Assembly: GCF_001194135.2 (NCBI RefSeq)
Contig: NC_068985.1
Coordinates: 67,601,728-67,634,727 of the forward strand
Reading direction: 5' to 3'
DNA: 33,000 nt
Source: Octopus bimaculoides
Lineage: Eukaryota
In this document: in pieces, positions 1 to 10,285 of the stretch
Position numbering within the stretch: the stretch's first letter is position 1
Layout of the letters: every line of letters begins with the position of its first letter
The notes under the pieces: model-generated
What the model was told of the DNA's origin: nothing
Databases searched by the model: none
The model's input: the letters and a program-made list of their open reading frames with translations, nothing else
Program-made: the position numbers and the translations under genes

Positions 1-240
1 GCATGCGCAGGTGCAGTGCATTGTTTCATTCATCTATTCTCAGTATAATGCTGAGTCCTCCCATGCCATCTGTCAAACATAGTCCCGGTCAATCCCAATC
101 TCCGCGCGATGTTTCCTCATCTGCTGTGACCATGTGGCATGTGGTCGACCAATACGAGCCGTCAACCCTGCCGGACCCTCACTGAAGAGGACACGGTCAG
201 CGGGGTCTAAATCGGAAACCTGAGAAATATGGTCAAACAG
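1..240 (-). mobile_element. RTE/BovB-like LINE, 3' end of ORF2 (decayed; continues off the left edge)
   Basis: Minus-strand translation LFDHISQVSDLDPADRVLFSEGPAGLTARIGRPHATWSQQMRKHRAEIG...CAC matches the RTE ORF2 C-terminus pattern (LFGHVARF..DPAHRIL...GRPR..W). Contains internal stops. Confidence 0.8.
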
Positions 241-770
241 TCTGAGGAAGAGGAACCACTTAGCATTAGATTCTCTTTATTCAAGACAAACATCTATCCT
301 TTCGTTACGCTCTTGCAGTGCTCTACTTTGTCTGCCTCCGTTACAAGTATGGGTATCGAAATTATTGACAGCTTCACTTATCATGACAATGAGATTCATA
401 GCAGCCTCAACTGCGAGTCCGACTTGGAAGAGCTGGTGCAGTTGTTGACTCATTGGAGAAGTGTGTTTTGCGCTACTGATATCTGAGCAAGAGGACAAAG
501 TTTCGGGTCTTCAGATCTCTAGCCGTCATTGTCCTGCTCTTTACTATTGAGACTTGCACTGCACACTGTCCAGGCCTTTGGGAGATACCTGAGTTACTGT
601 AGTGCCAGGATGCTTCGCAGGATTAAGGAATACCATTGTTCGAATTTCGTGTTCAACCAACGCAGCTATTCAGAAACTGGAATGTGTCTTATCACCTGTA
701 TAATTCGGTCAGACTCTCTGACCATGTTACTGGATTTTCCGCGTTAGACCCTGTTTGGATCAGGACAACG
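241..770 (+). mobile_element. RTE/BovB-like LINE RT C-terminal segment, inverted relative to 1-240
   Basis: Plus-strand pieces SEEEEPLSIRFSLFKT, IEIIDSFTYHDNEIHSS, YLSKRTKFRVFRSLAVIVLLFTIETCT, RMLRRIKEYHCSNFVFN and HVTGFSALDP follow the RTE consensus order, with frameshifts. Confidence 0.8.
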
Positions 771-1799
771 CTCCAGTCTTCGAGAATGGAATACGAATCA
801 AAATATTAAAAGATATAGAAATATGCTTGAACACGAAACAAATATCCTTGTTATACGTTTACATGAAAGCTAAAAAAAAAAATGACGTTACTAATTACAT
901 CCATTACACTTTTTGAGTTAGTATACGAAACTCAATACCAAAATAGTTACTTCAGTAGAATAATCGTTACTTAACATAGCGTTATGGCGAATACATATTC
1001 GATAATGGTTTATTTATGTCGAATAAACGCAGGGATACACCATTATGTTAAGGAAAATAAATGGTCAATAGAAAACTTCAGAAAGCTTAAGAACATCGCT
1101 GGTTTAGCCAGCAAAATCCTGTAATATTAAATTACAATGGAGAATTTCTATAAGTAGAATCAAAAATTCATTAAAAGTTTTAAAACCATATTACCACGAA
1201 CTTTCTAAACATAACAGTACTTTATTTTTCAACTGAATGGATGAAAATTCCAATCTGTTTGTAAATCAATATTCTGGGGTATCTTTCTGCAATGTGTTGA
1301 TCCTGCCAATCCAGCAACCTCACAAATTTAATAATACCACAAGTGAATGATGGAATAACTCTGTGATTACCTCCCCTATGCTGTTAAAAATAAAAGCAAT
1401 AATATCTTTACAGTATACCTTAACTTTTAAAACGGCGACAATGTGAATATATAATTTTAGATATTCTATGAGTAAGGGATGTAAGATTGAAGTTAAACAT
1501 GTTGCTGCATGTGAAAGGAGGTAAATTTAAGCTAGTAGTTAGAGGTACTTTGAAAGAAACGGCTGGATTTCTCAAATTCGTATTTCACTGTCTTAGAGAT
1601 CTTGAATATATACAGAATCATAGACACTAAATTTTTTCCTTTAATAATCAGTTAAGAGGCGCCGATATAAAGTAATCCCTATTCATACATACCTAGTCTT
1701 AAAACATAATGACCACAGAAATAGTATCAGAGCAGTAATATATGGAAGATATCAATAGTCTCGAAGAATCTTACCAGTTGTTTATCAAAGATGCTCAGA

Positions 1800-2643
1800 A
1801 GTGTCTCCCCAAAAAATCGTCATAATTCTACCAGCCTAATTCTCTAAAAATTCTAAATGAGGAAGTTCTACCTGATTCATTACTTGACTAGAATGCTGTA
1901 AATACTTGATATTTCGGATGCCAGACACATATTCATAAGTGAGCGGGACCCACATTTGTAGTTCAGTGAAAGAAACGAAGATAATTGATACGGCTGCACC
2001 GCATTCGCCACTATGTATATACCAGTTCTTGTGCTTGATTGCTACAAGTAGATAACTTTTGTGATGAATTAAACTCATTTCTTCAACAAGAATTGAACGA
2101 GTAGATGATTCAAAATATTTGGAGGTGATGAGAAGCATGGAACGTCTCTGACTTGGTAATATACAGACGTGATCTACACATTCATTATTTCTGGACAGCC
2201 ATTCTTAAATTGCAGCATCTCAGTTCATTTTGTAAGATTACTTGCAAAACATAACATCATATCGATTCAATTATTATCCACCAAAATATCCGGTTTCAAC
2301 CAAATTTAAAGCACTTCGACGATTTCATCAGCCCAGTCACTACGATACTGACAATGAACATAGCATCGGTTCTCTGCATATCAAGCTGCATAGTCCTCAG
2401 CTACACCTATCACTATCTCTTATTTCATTAGGTCAATGGCGAATGTTTTAGCGTTTATGGTGCTCGATATTACCATGGTAACATCCGAATATTCCGACAT
2501 GAGTTTCCAAAATCTACTTCGACAACCAACTCCACTTTATACGATTATGACACGATAGAACGTGGAAGAAGACATGTAGAAAGGTGGAAAAAAGAGGCAA
2601 TTGATATGGAACCTTGGGATTTATCAATTGCGATATGTAGCAT
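1800..2643 (-). mobile_element. Highly decayed non-LTR retrotransposon RT remnant (RTE- or CR1-like), interrupted by the LTR element; may continue at ~4013-4250
   Basis: Weak minus-strand motifs in plausible RT order: VFKDTFDS (~4040), SQGSI (~2610), EYSDVT (~2490, YADD-like), LRFFH...VWHP (~1975-1915). Many stops and frameshifts. Confidence 0.35.
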
Positions 2644-2904
2644 TGTTGTGATGAGAGTTACGACGTCACCTTGCGAGAGATAGATCGGTTCGAGTAAAGT
2701 ATAAATAGTAACGATTTGAGTGAGTTCAGAGTTCGGAGTCGAGTGACGTTCGTGTTAGCTCGCAGTGAAGTCTGAACGTGCCGGTTGCTTAGTTCACAAG
2801 GAATATTGATTGTTGGTTCGTAAAGAGATTTGTAAGTTCGTTTCATTGTGTTTGCTGTTGTCCGGTTATCTTATCTATTGTACGTAACAAACCGCGTTAC
2901 AACA
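2644..2904 (+). repeat. 5' LTR (261 bp)
   Basis: Starts TGTTGTGATGAGAGTTAC, ends GTTACAACA, contains a TATAAATA box, aligns to 3758-4007. Confidence 0.92.
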
Positions 2905-2906
2905 TC

Positions 2907-2917
2907 TGGCGACGAGG
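2907..2917 (+). promoter_or_regulatory. Primer-binding site complementary to the 3' end of tRNA-Ser(GCU)
   Basis: TGGCGACGAGG lies 2 nt after the LTR end. It is the reverse complement of ...CCTCGTCG-CCA, the metazoan tRNA-Ser(GCU) 3' end. Confidence 0.8.
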
Positions 2918-2974
2918 TTTTCGAAGCTCATGTAGATTATTTAACAATTAGTTCGTGATACAACTTCCCAAATC

Positions 2975-3531
2975 ATGGAAGACCTATTAGCTTCCAAAGT
3001 ACAGTTGCAAAAGCAACAACAAAACAGCAACAAGAGTTGCAGAAGCAACTATTAATGAAGCTATATTAAAAAAAGTCCAAAAATGAGTTAAATTCGTTTA
3101 GACGCTCCTTCGAACTCGATTAATGAATTTTGTTATAATCCAGTGGAGGTTATAACTTTTGCATTGTACTACAGAAGATACGAGGAGATTTTAAGCAAGA
3201 TGCCAAATCATGGTTAGACGAACAAAAAGTGAAATTGTTATTGCGAAAATTAGTTCCTTTTAATATGAAAGAAGTTTGGAAGTATGACTGTGTAATCAAA
3301 AGATTAGGTAACATGATTTACTTAATTAAAGGGCAACGTTCGGAACATAAGAGACATCTTGACCAGTTAAAGATGAGACATACAGAAGAACAAAGGGTAA
3401 TACGAATGGAAGTCTTCTATAACATGTTTGAAGTGTTTGCACCGAAAATATCGAAGCTCGTAGAACTGGGCTTCAGAAAACTAAACCAGACTGAATATAT
3501 GGAAGTAATACATAAACGAAAAAGATATTAA
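2975..3531 (+). pseudogene. Gypsy gag N-terminal remnant fused to integrase C-terminal remnant
   Basis: MEDLLASKVQLQKQQ start at 2975; FALYYRRYEEI/FKQDAKSWLDEQKVKLLLRKL (Mag-type gag); then directly W..VIKRLGNMIYLIK..HKRHLDQLK (integrase C-terminal region). Frameshifted upstream of ~3190. Confidence 0.75.
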
Positions 3532-3757
3532 ATTGAAGAAAAAATAGCAAAAACAGAAAAGCAAATGTGTTAACAAGTGTACTTAGTACAACGAAAAGAA
3601 AAAAGTGCTGGGTGCAACGAGCAATGCTACCTTAACAGTCGGGCAACAATTAAGATACAACAGCTAAAAGAAGAAGTGGGACAGGTGCTGGAAAGAAAGT
3701 AAAATAAATATAAAAATTCGACAATCTCACAGTAGGAAAAAATTTCAAAATGTGAGA

Positions 3758-4007
3758 TGTTGTGATGAGAGTTACAATGTCCCCGTTGGTCCGAGTAAAG
3801 TATAAATAGTAACGATACGAGTGAGTTCAGAGTTCGGAGTCGAGTGAAGTTCGTGTTAGTTCGCAATGAAGTCCGAAGGTGTCGGTTGGTTAGTTCCCAA
3901 GAGATAATGACTATGTGTTCGTAAAGATAATTTTTTAGTTCGTTGCATTGCCTTTGCTATTCTCTGGTTATCTTATTTATTGCATGTAAAAAAAATCCGT
4001 TACAACA
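3758..4007 (+). repeat. 3' LTR (250 bp)
   Basis: Starts TGTTGTGATGAGAGTTAC, ends GTTACAACA; roughly 80-85% similar to the 5' LTR by eye. Confidence 0.92.
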
Positions 4008-4403
4008 CGCATTTATTCATATCACAAAATATTGCCACCGTACAATGAATCAAAGGTATCTTTGAAAACAAGACTGAAATCTCTTCCCTTGTAGATAACA
4101 CTCAAATTATCATAGTCGATCATATTGGAAGTTTTTGATTACTTAAACTAATGACGCCCCCACCCATATGAAGTATGATATATCTCATAAGTAAGAGGCT
4201 GCCATCGATATCAGGGAAGAACAAAGTTTAACAGGCCACGCTACCGAAGCCGACTTTTCCTGTCTCAACCATAACCGAACTTTTAAACTCAACTTAAAAA
4301 AAAAAACATGATTAAATTTCAAGACCTATGCGGCGATTTGACCAAATATGTAANNNNNNNNNNACACACACACACACAAACACACAAAACAATGACGAAA
4401 ATG

Positions 4404-4484
4404 AATCACTACGATGATCACACGCTACACACCTTCCTTTCAAGCACTGCTGTAAACAGGGGAAGTAAGCTACAACGTTAAAAC
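4404..4484 (-). mobile_element. Fragment of a mariner 5' UTR, same family as 9998-10285
   Basis: Reverse complement aligns without gaps to 10104-10184 with 10 mismatches in 81 nt (manual count). Confidence 0.75.
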
Positions 4485-5346
4485 GAAAAGTAATCTCATG
4501 AAAATAAGCTGCAGGGCTTTCCAGGATAATGAATCCCTTGATACGTTATATATCTGGGAGACTAGAAATTGGACACTGTTCATAACTGCTGAGGTTTCTC
4601 TGGCGTATACATAGCTTAATTCATGCATAAATAAATTGAATGAATACTCTAAACTTAAGATGTAACACCGGCATAAGTTGATTATTACCTACTCCTCTAA
4701 ACCAAACTTAAGTGAAGTGTGAAGTTTCAAGAACTTATTAATGCTGAATGGAATTTGTCCTGGACTGTCCCTCATAAATCTTGAGATCAGATCTTAAGAT
4801 TGTTTAATATATCATTATAACATTAATCTATGCGCTGAAATACGCAAAACAAAGAAGTTTTTTAGTAAGACATTCGTTTAAATTTATCCGAGATGTTTGT
4901 TTAAAAAGTGTTCACCTTTACGTTTCAAATCCCTTTCTACAATCCGTAACACATAAATCTGTCAATCTTTGGAAATAAATCTCACGAAATAGGACGTCTC
5001 AGGGGAAAATGCGGAGAAGAATACGGTATTCTTAATTATCTACTCAAACATTGCTTTCATTTGGATGTTTACTGTTCAAATGGAATGGATTTATCTCACT
5101 TATTTCGCCATTTTTCATCCTATCCTATCTTTGTTTCAACTTCCACCTACGAAGTAATGATAAGTCCTTGCAAACAACATCCTGAAGTCTCTATATATTT
5201 GCTTATTTCTTTCCTTGTGTAAGTACCCTACTAGTGACATTGTATCTCTATCATTATCTAGTTATCAGAGTTTCTCACAAATGCAGACGCGTATGAAAAA
5301 CCACAATATCACATACGCAATACGCTTAAATACATACATATACTTA

Positions 5347-5347
<1 letters not shown>

Positions 5348-5405
<58 letters not shown>
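5348..5405. repeat. (AC)n microsatellite
   Basis: Pure dinucleotide run. Confidence 0.98.
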
Positions 5406-5408
<3 letters not shown>

Positions 5409-5506
5409 TAAGATAAAACTTGGAAAAAGATGTGTGGCGTTCGATCATATAATAATATAAATATATAGATATATGCATATATCCCTACATATATGTACAC
5501 ACCCGT

Positions 5507-5886
5507 GGAGGCGCAATGGCCCAGTGGTAAAGGCAGCGGATTTGCAGTCATAGGATCGCGGTTTCGATTCTCAGATCGGGTGTTGAGAGAACTTATTGAG
5601 CGAAAACACCTAAAGCTCCACGAGGCATCGGCAGGATATGGTGGCGAACCCTGCTGTACTCTTTCACCAAAACTTTCTCTCACTTTTTCTTCCTGTTTCT
5701 GTTGTGCCTGTAATTCAAAGAGTCAGCCTTGTCACAGTGTGTCACGCTGAATCTCCCCGACAACTACGTTAAGGGTACACGTGTTGTGGAGTGCTCAGCC
5801 ACTTGCACGTTAATTTCCCGAGCAGGCTGCTCCGTTGATCGGATCAACTGGAAGCCTCGTCGTCGTAAGCGACGGAGTGCCAACAA
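5507..5886 (+). mobile_element. tRNA-derived SINE (cephalopod type), ~380 bp
   Basis: Pol III A box TGGCCCAGTGG (5517-5527), B box GGTTTCGATTC (5560-5570), a long non-tRNA body and a CAACAA end. Confidence 0.8.
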
Positions 5887-6048
5887 TGTACATACCTACA
5901 TCTATATGTATACATACATGCATATATGGGTACAGGAAAAAAAAAACGTTAAACACAATGAGAAACGAAAAACGAAAACATAAAAATGAAAACAGAAAAC
6001 GAACTTTTTTCAATATATATATATATAACACATATACATAAATACATG

Positions 6049-6052
<4 letters not shown>

Positions 6053-6118
<66 letters not shown>
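6053..6118. repeat. (TA)n microsatellite
   Basis: Pure dinucleotide run. Confidence 0.98.
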
Positions 6119-6121
<3 letters not shown>

Positions 6122-6228
6122 GCGCGCACACATGTGTATAAGTCTATACGTAAATACGAATCACACTGAACCGCAAGATTAGTGGTAGGGGCGGATCCAG
6201 CACATCGAGATTGTAGGGCATGACATGT

Positions 6229-7314
6229 TTAATATCGTGTACGCCGTCCTTGGGTGTTCAAGACCCCGCCATACACTGTCTGTACATAGAGTACATGAGG
6301 CGGTTCACAAGCGACATTGGTACCTGTGCTCTCGCCCTGCCTCCAGTTCTACACGAGTTGTCGGACGTGGGACCACCTGATTCAGCCATCTCTGGATTTC
6401 ATCCCACAGGTGGTCAATTGGGATCAGATCCGAGCTTAGAGCCGGTCACGGCATGGTTCTGATGTTGTGCTTCATGTGTTCCAAAATGTCGCTGTATGCA
6501 GAGGAAATGTCATCAGAGCGCAGTGCTACGTTAACCAGATCCATTGTGTCCATGATGACCCTGGTCATGTGGGAAAGAGCAGTGTTCTGCTGGAACACTT
6601 GACTATTGTGTCGTACGAAGAAGGGAACGATGTGAAGTCTTAGGATGTGGTCAATGTAGCGCTGTCCTGTGATCGAATTCTATCTACCTGCACCAACATT
6701 TTGGAATACACGGGTGCAAGTAGAGGGAATGCCACACCAAATCATGATGCTTTGGCCAACCCACGCGTCTCTCTCAATGAGAAATGCGTCTCTGTAGCGT
6801 TCACCCCTCCTACGCTACATGCTCACTCTGCCATCCAAAGTGGAAACGCAGTACCAGTTCTCGTCAGAGAAGACTATCAATATCCATTGTTGGTGCCGTC
6901 AATGTCGATGCTTTGTAGCCCACTGTAGGCGTGCCTGGCGATGGCGAGCGGTGAGGAAAGGCCCTCATGTAGGATGACATCAACGCAGGTAGTTGCTGGT
7001 CAGTTGACGTCGAAATGTGTCGTCGCTGATGGGTCGCTAATCAGTGCCAATGGTCTCGCGAGCTATAATACTGGCCAGACTCAAGCGATCACGGAAGTGT
7101 TGCATGTGGATGAAGTGATCCTGCTCGGGCGTGGTCACCCGGGAGTGCCCTCTTCAGGACGGCCTGCAATGTTGTTGGTATTGTTGTATCATTGTTGCAG
7201 GCGATAGATGGTGCTGACATGGACATTATAAGCTTTCGAAACAATCAGGCTACGCTGCCCTGCTTTCAATCGGCCAATAGCTTGTTCTCCCTGCGCTGAT
7301 GGCAATTGGGTCAT
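6229..7314 (-). pseudogene. Tc1-like transposase pseudogene, near full length (~360 codons)
   Basis: ATG at 7314: MTQLPSAQGEQAIGRL...NVHVSTIYRL (HTH), RVTTPEQD, ARLQWA, VFSDE, IMIWCGI, FQQNTA (QQDNA decayed), SSDLIPIDHLWDEI (SPDLNPIEHLW decayed), ending TRY-stop at 6229. Several stops and frameshifts. Confidence 0.92.
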
Positions 7315-7583
7315 ACCTGATGCGCGTCCAAATTACGAATGCCAGGGACGCGGTTCAAGTTGATTTTTATACCCATACCTTCCCCGAGATGCACGGCATT
7401 TAATGCAGCTTCGTTTTGGCGTCTCGTTCCTGGGAAAGTCGAAAGTTTACCCGCAATTTGGGTCCCAGCCATAACCAGCATATCTTGGAATATCTACACT
7501 AACATCCTCGAAATAAAGTTTCAGAATTTATCATATAAAAATGATATTTGAAAACAATCGCATTCATTTTGCGTTTTGGGGTA
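7315..7583 (-). mobile_element. 5' non-coding end of the Tc1-like element with TATA box and probable decayed terminal repeat
   Basis: TATAAAAA on the minus strand at 7364-7371, about 50 nt upstream of the ATG. The segment ends ...TTTTGCGTTTTGGGG then TA, resembling Tc1 termini. No partner TIR seen at the other end. Confidence 0.5.
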
Positions 7584-8175
7584 TATATGTATTCATATAT
7601 ATTATGCACTTGTATACGCCCATAAGTTTTGGTTCCTGGAATGGATATTTTATTAGTCTAAAATGTAAGAGTAAATGTTATTTGGACTAGGAAACAACGA
7701 CAAATGTCTTACCTGAATAAAGTGTCTCGAGAATAGAAATTTACGAGTGTGAAAATTGTTGGCATAGTATAAGGTGAGTTAAAGAATAATTAATTCTTAG
7801 CTGTGTAAATTACACATACCTACAGCGTCATATGATATTAAATAATGTTTGATGTCTAGTACTGTTATTAGTTAGTTTTGTTTTTGTTTATGTCAGCGCG
7901 AAAATGTTACTACACACGGAGAAAATATATGACATTCTGTAGAAATATTTAGTGAAACAATAAAAACCTGTAATAGGTGTGAAGGAATATTATGAACAAC
8001 AAATCCAAAACTTTACCACGAAATGACCCCCTCCTTATTTGAAGTATATTCGACTAGTTGGAAACTTTTGTTCCACACTAATTGAATAATAAATATATCT
8101 GCCAAGCTACTCTTATACAGATCGACTTTTATATGGATTCCAATATTACTAGTGTTCAATACAAAGAAATAAAAA

Positions 8176-8390
8176 GGCGGCGAGTTCGCAGAATCGTTTG
8201 CGTGCTTGGCAAAATGCTTCACGTCCTTTCATCCGTCTTTACGTTCTAAATTCAAAATCCACCGAGGCTGACTTTGCCTTTTACCCTTTCTGAGTCGATT
8301 AAATAAGTATCTGTTAAGTACTGGGGTCGATGTGACTGACTTATCCCCTTCAACGAAACTGCTGGCCTTGCGCAAACATTCGAAATCAAT
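8176..8390 (+). mobile_element. tRNA-derived SINE, abundant octopus-type family
   Basis: GGCGGCGAG..GCAGAATCGTT head, then GTTCTAAATTCAAAATCCACCGAGG..GACTTTGCCTTT and CTGGGGTCGATGT motifs shared with 9079-9282 and 11432-11599. Confidence 0.85.
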
Positions 8391-8469
8391 ACACACTAAT
8401 AAAAGCCCATTGAAAATAGAGAAACGAATGATAATTTATATATTCATTAATATAGTAGACTCTAGTCGA

Positions 8470-8677
8470 AAGGATTTTCGCCACCGCATTCGCCCGACCT
8501 GAACGCCCTTGATTTCGGCGTGTGTGAAGGATCTGTCACAATAACGTCGAGGCGTTGAAGTCATCCGTCAGCCGCGTGTGGACCAGCATGAGGATGGACA
8601 TCACCTGTAACGTGTGCACGGTTTTCAGGTCTCGCCTGGGGCGGATGCTCGCTGCCAAGGGCGGCCACATTGATTAA
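8470..8677 (+). mobile_element. Tc1/mariner (maT-like) transposase C-terminal fragment
   Basis: PPHSPDLNALDFGV...HNNVEALKSSVSRVW...FRSRLGRMLAAKGGHID-stop; D in the third catalytic position. Confidence 0.85.
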
Positions 8678-8804
8678 TATTAATATTTACACACATATTT
8701 ATATGCTAAAACAATAAATGCGTGTCTAACTGCATCAAAACTATCGTTGTTAGTGAGAACAACGTAACGATTGTAATAGGACTCTTGCAAAGCCTGGTAT
8801 GCAT

Positions 8805-8842
8805 ACACATACACAAGCATACACACGCACACATACGCACGC

Positions 8843-8876
<34 letters not shown>

Positions 8877-8952
8877 GTGTATGTATGTATGTATGTATGC
8901 ATGTATGTATATATTTATGTATGTATGTATGTATGTATCTATGTATGTATGT
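8805..8952. repeat. Compound (CA)n/(TATG)n microsatellite
   Basis: Visible tandem di- and tetranucleotide runs. Confidence 0.95.
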
Positions 8953-9078
8953 AACTGCAGCCGCATGGCTGAAACGAGTAAAAGAGTATTATATACTTTT
9001 TTACGCTTTTACTACAAAGTAAAATCAATAAAAGATAAAGTGAATTTGCTGTGAAGTATTATAACATCTAATTCTTCT

Positions 9079-9282
9079 CTACTCTAGGTACCAGGTCAGC
9101 AATTCTTGGGGGTGGTGAGAGGCCAGTCAATTAGATCTACCCCAGCATGAAACTGGTACTTAATTTATCGACCCCGAAAGGATAAAAGGCGAAGTCGACC
9201 GCAGCGGAATTGAACTCAGAACGTAACGACAGACGAAATACCGTTAAGCATTTCTCCCGGCGTGCTAACGACTCTGCCAGCT
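9079..9282 (-). mobile_element. tRNA-derived SINE, same family as 8176-8390, opposite orientation
   Basis: Reverse complement reads AGCTGGCAGAGTCGTTAGCACGCCGGG...GTTCTGAGTTCAATTCCGC..GGTCGACTTCGCCTTT..GGGGTCGATAAATTAAGTACCAG. Confidence 0.88.
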
Positions 9283-9418
9283 TTGTTACAGCCTCTAATT
9301 TAAAAAAAAAAAATGCTGAGAGTGACTGATGATAAACGCAAAACCAACGGCGCCAGCACCACCACCATCAACACTAAGAGCATGTTGTTAGGCATGCAAA
9401 TGTGGCAGCGAAGATTAC

Positions 9419-9570
9419 GACAGCAACAACAACAACAGCGACAGCAATGCCAACAATATTAACAGAAACAACGACGGTAGTAACACATTCTGAGTTCCTC
9501 GTTCATTTCAGACTCTTTCATCTCAGTCTCATCATCATCATCATCATCATCATCGTCGTCGTCGTCGTCG

Positions 9571-9617
<47 letters not shown>

Positions 9618-9650
9618 GTTGTCCTCGTTGTCGTCGTCATCATCAACTGT
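9419..9650. repeat. Compound trinucleotide repeats (CAA/CAG, then CAT/CGT)
   Basis: Visible tandem runs. Confidence 0.93.
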
Positions 9651-9997
9651 TTATACATCATCATGCTGAACCATTAATCATTGCATAAATATATATCTAT
9701 ATTATAATGAAAGAAGCTGCTTATCAATTAGGTATGTAACAGTTATTAAAAGACAGCAATCATTAAAGGCTTGGCCGTCTGGAATTTTTCTTTTTATAAA
9801 TCATGTTCGAGGAAATTTCACATAATTTCGACTTCTGAGTTTTATTGAATTTTTGAACTCCAACTTCTCCCAAATTTAAATGTTTTTCGCATTCAATACG
9901 AATATTCCGTTTTCATTTGAAAAATCTCTCAATCTTTATTTCAATGTTTTCATTTCACATTTTAATTCGATATTTGGAAAACCCACACTTCATTCTA

Positions 9998-10285
9998 CAT
10001 GTGGTCTGATCAATAAGTATCAGGACTGTGGCCATTATAACGAAGCTATAGCATGCAGAGTAAAGTCGCTTGGCACAGAATGACATTGTCGTGTATGTGC
10101 ACTGTTTTAACCTTGCAGCTTACTGCCCCTATTTACAGCAGTGCTCGGAAGGAAGGTGTGTAGCGTGTGATCGTCGCATTGATCATGACAGAGTAAGTTG
10201 AGCAGAGAATCTGCATCAAAGTTTGCCAAAGCCTTGGTGATACCTGCTCAAAGGCTTATGAAAAGTTTACAAAACTTCGTCATCT
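9998..10285 (+). mobile_element. Mariner element 5' end: terminal repeat, 5' UTR and first ~30 transposase codons
   Basis: TA followed by ...GGTCTGATCAATAAGTATCAGGACTG (mariner-type TIR). ATG at 10185 gives MTE*VEQRICIKVCQSLGDTCSKAYEK, matching the mariner N-terminus EQR.CIKFC..LG. Confidence 0.82.

Larger units (their letters stand above)
2644..4007 (+). mobile_element. Internally deleted Ty3/Gypsy (Mag-like) LTR retrotransposon, 1364 bp
   Basis: Two direct repeats with TGTTG...CAACA ends, a PBS after the 5' LTR, a purine-rich tract before the 3' LTR, 5-bp flanks AGCAT (2639-2643) and CGCAT (4008-4012), and gag and integrase C-terminal remnants inside. Confidence 0.92.

Noticed and set aside
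1740-2643. Plus-strand reading resembling a decayed Toll-like or LRR receptor (NSLKILNEEVLPDSLL, a hydrophobic stretch, YDYD)
   Set aside because: Stop density is near random, the motifs need several frame switches, and the minus strand gives a more parsimonious decayed LINE RT reading.
5507-5580. tRNA gene call for SINE heads (also 8176, 9282, 27093)
   Set aside because: A and B boxes are present, but there is no complete cloverleaf or acceptor stem, and each continues into a SINE body.
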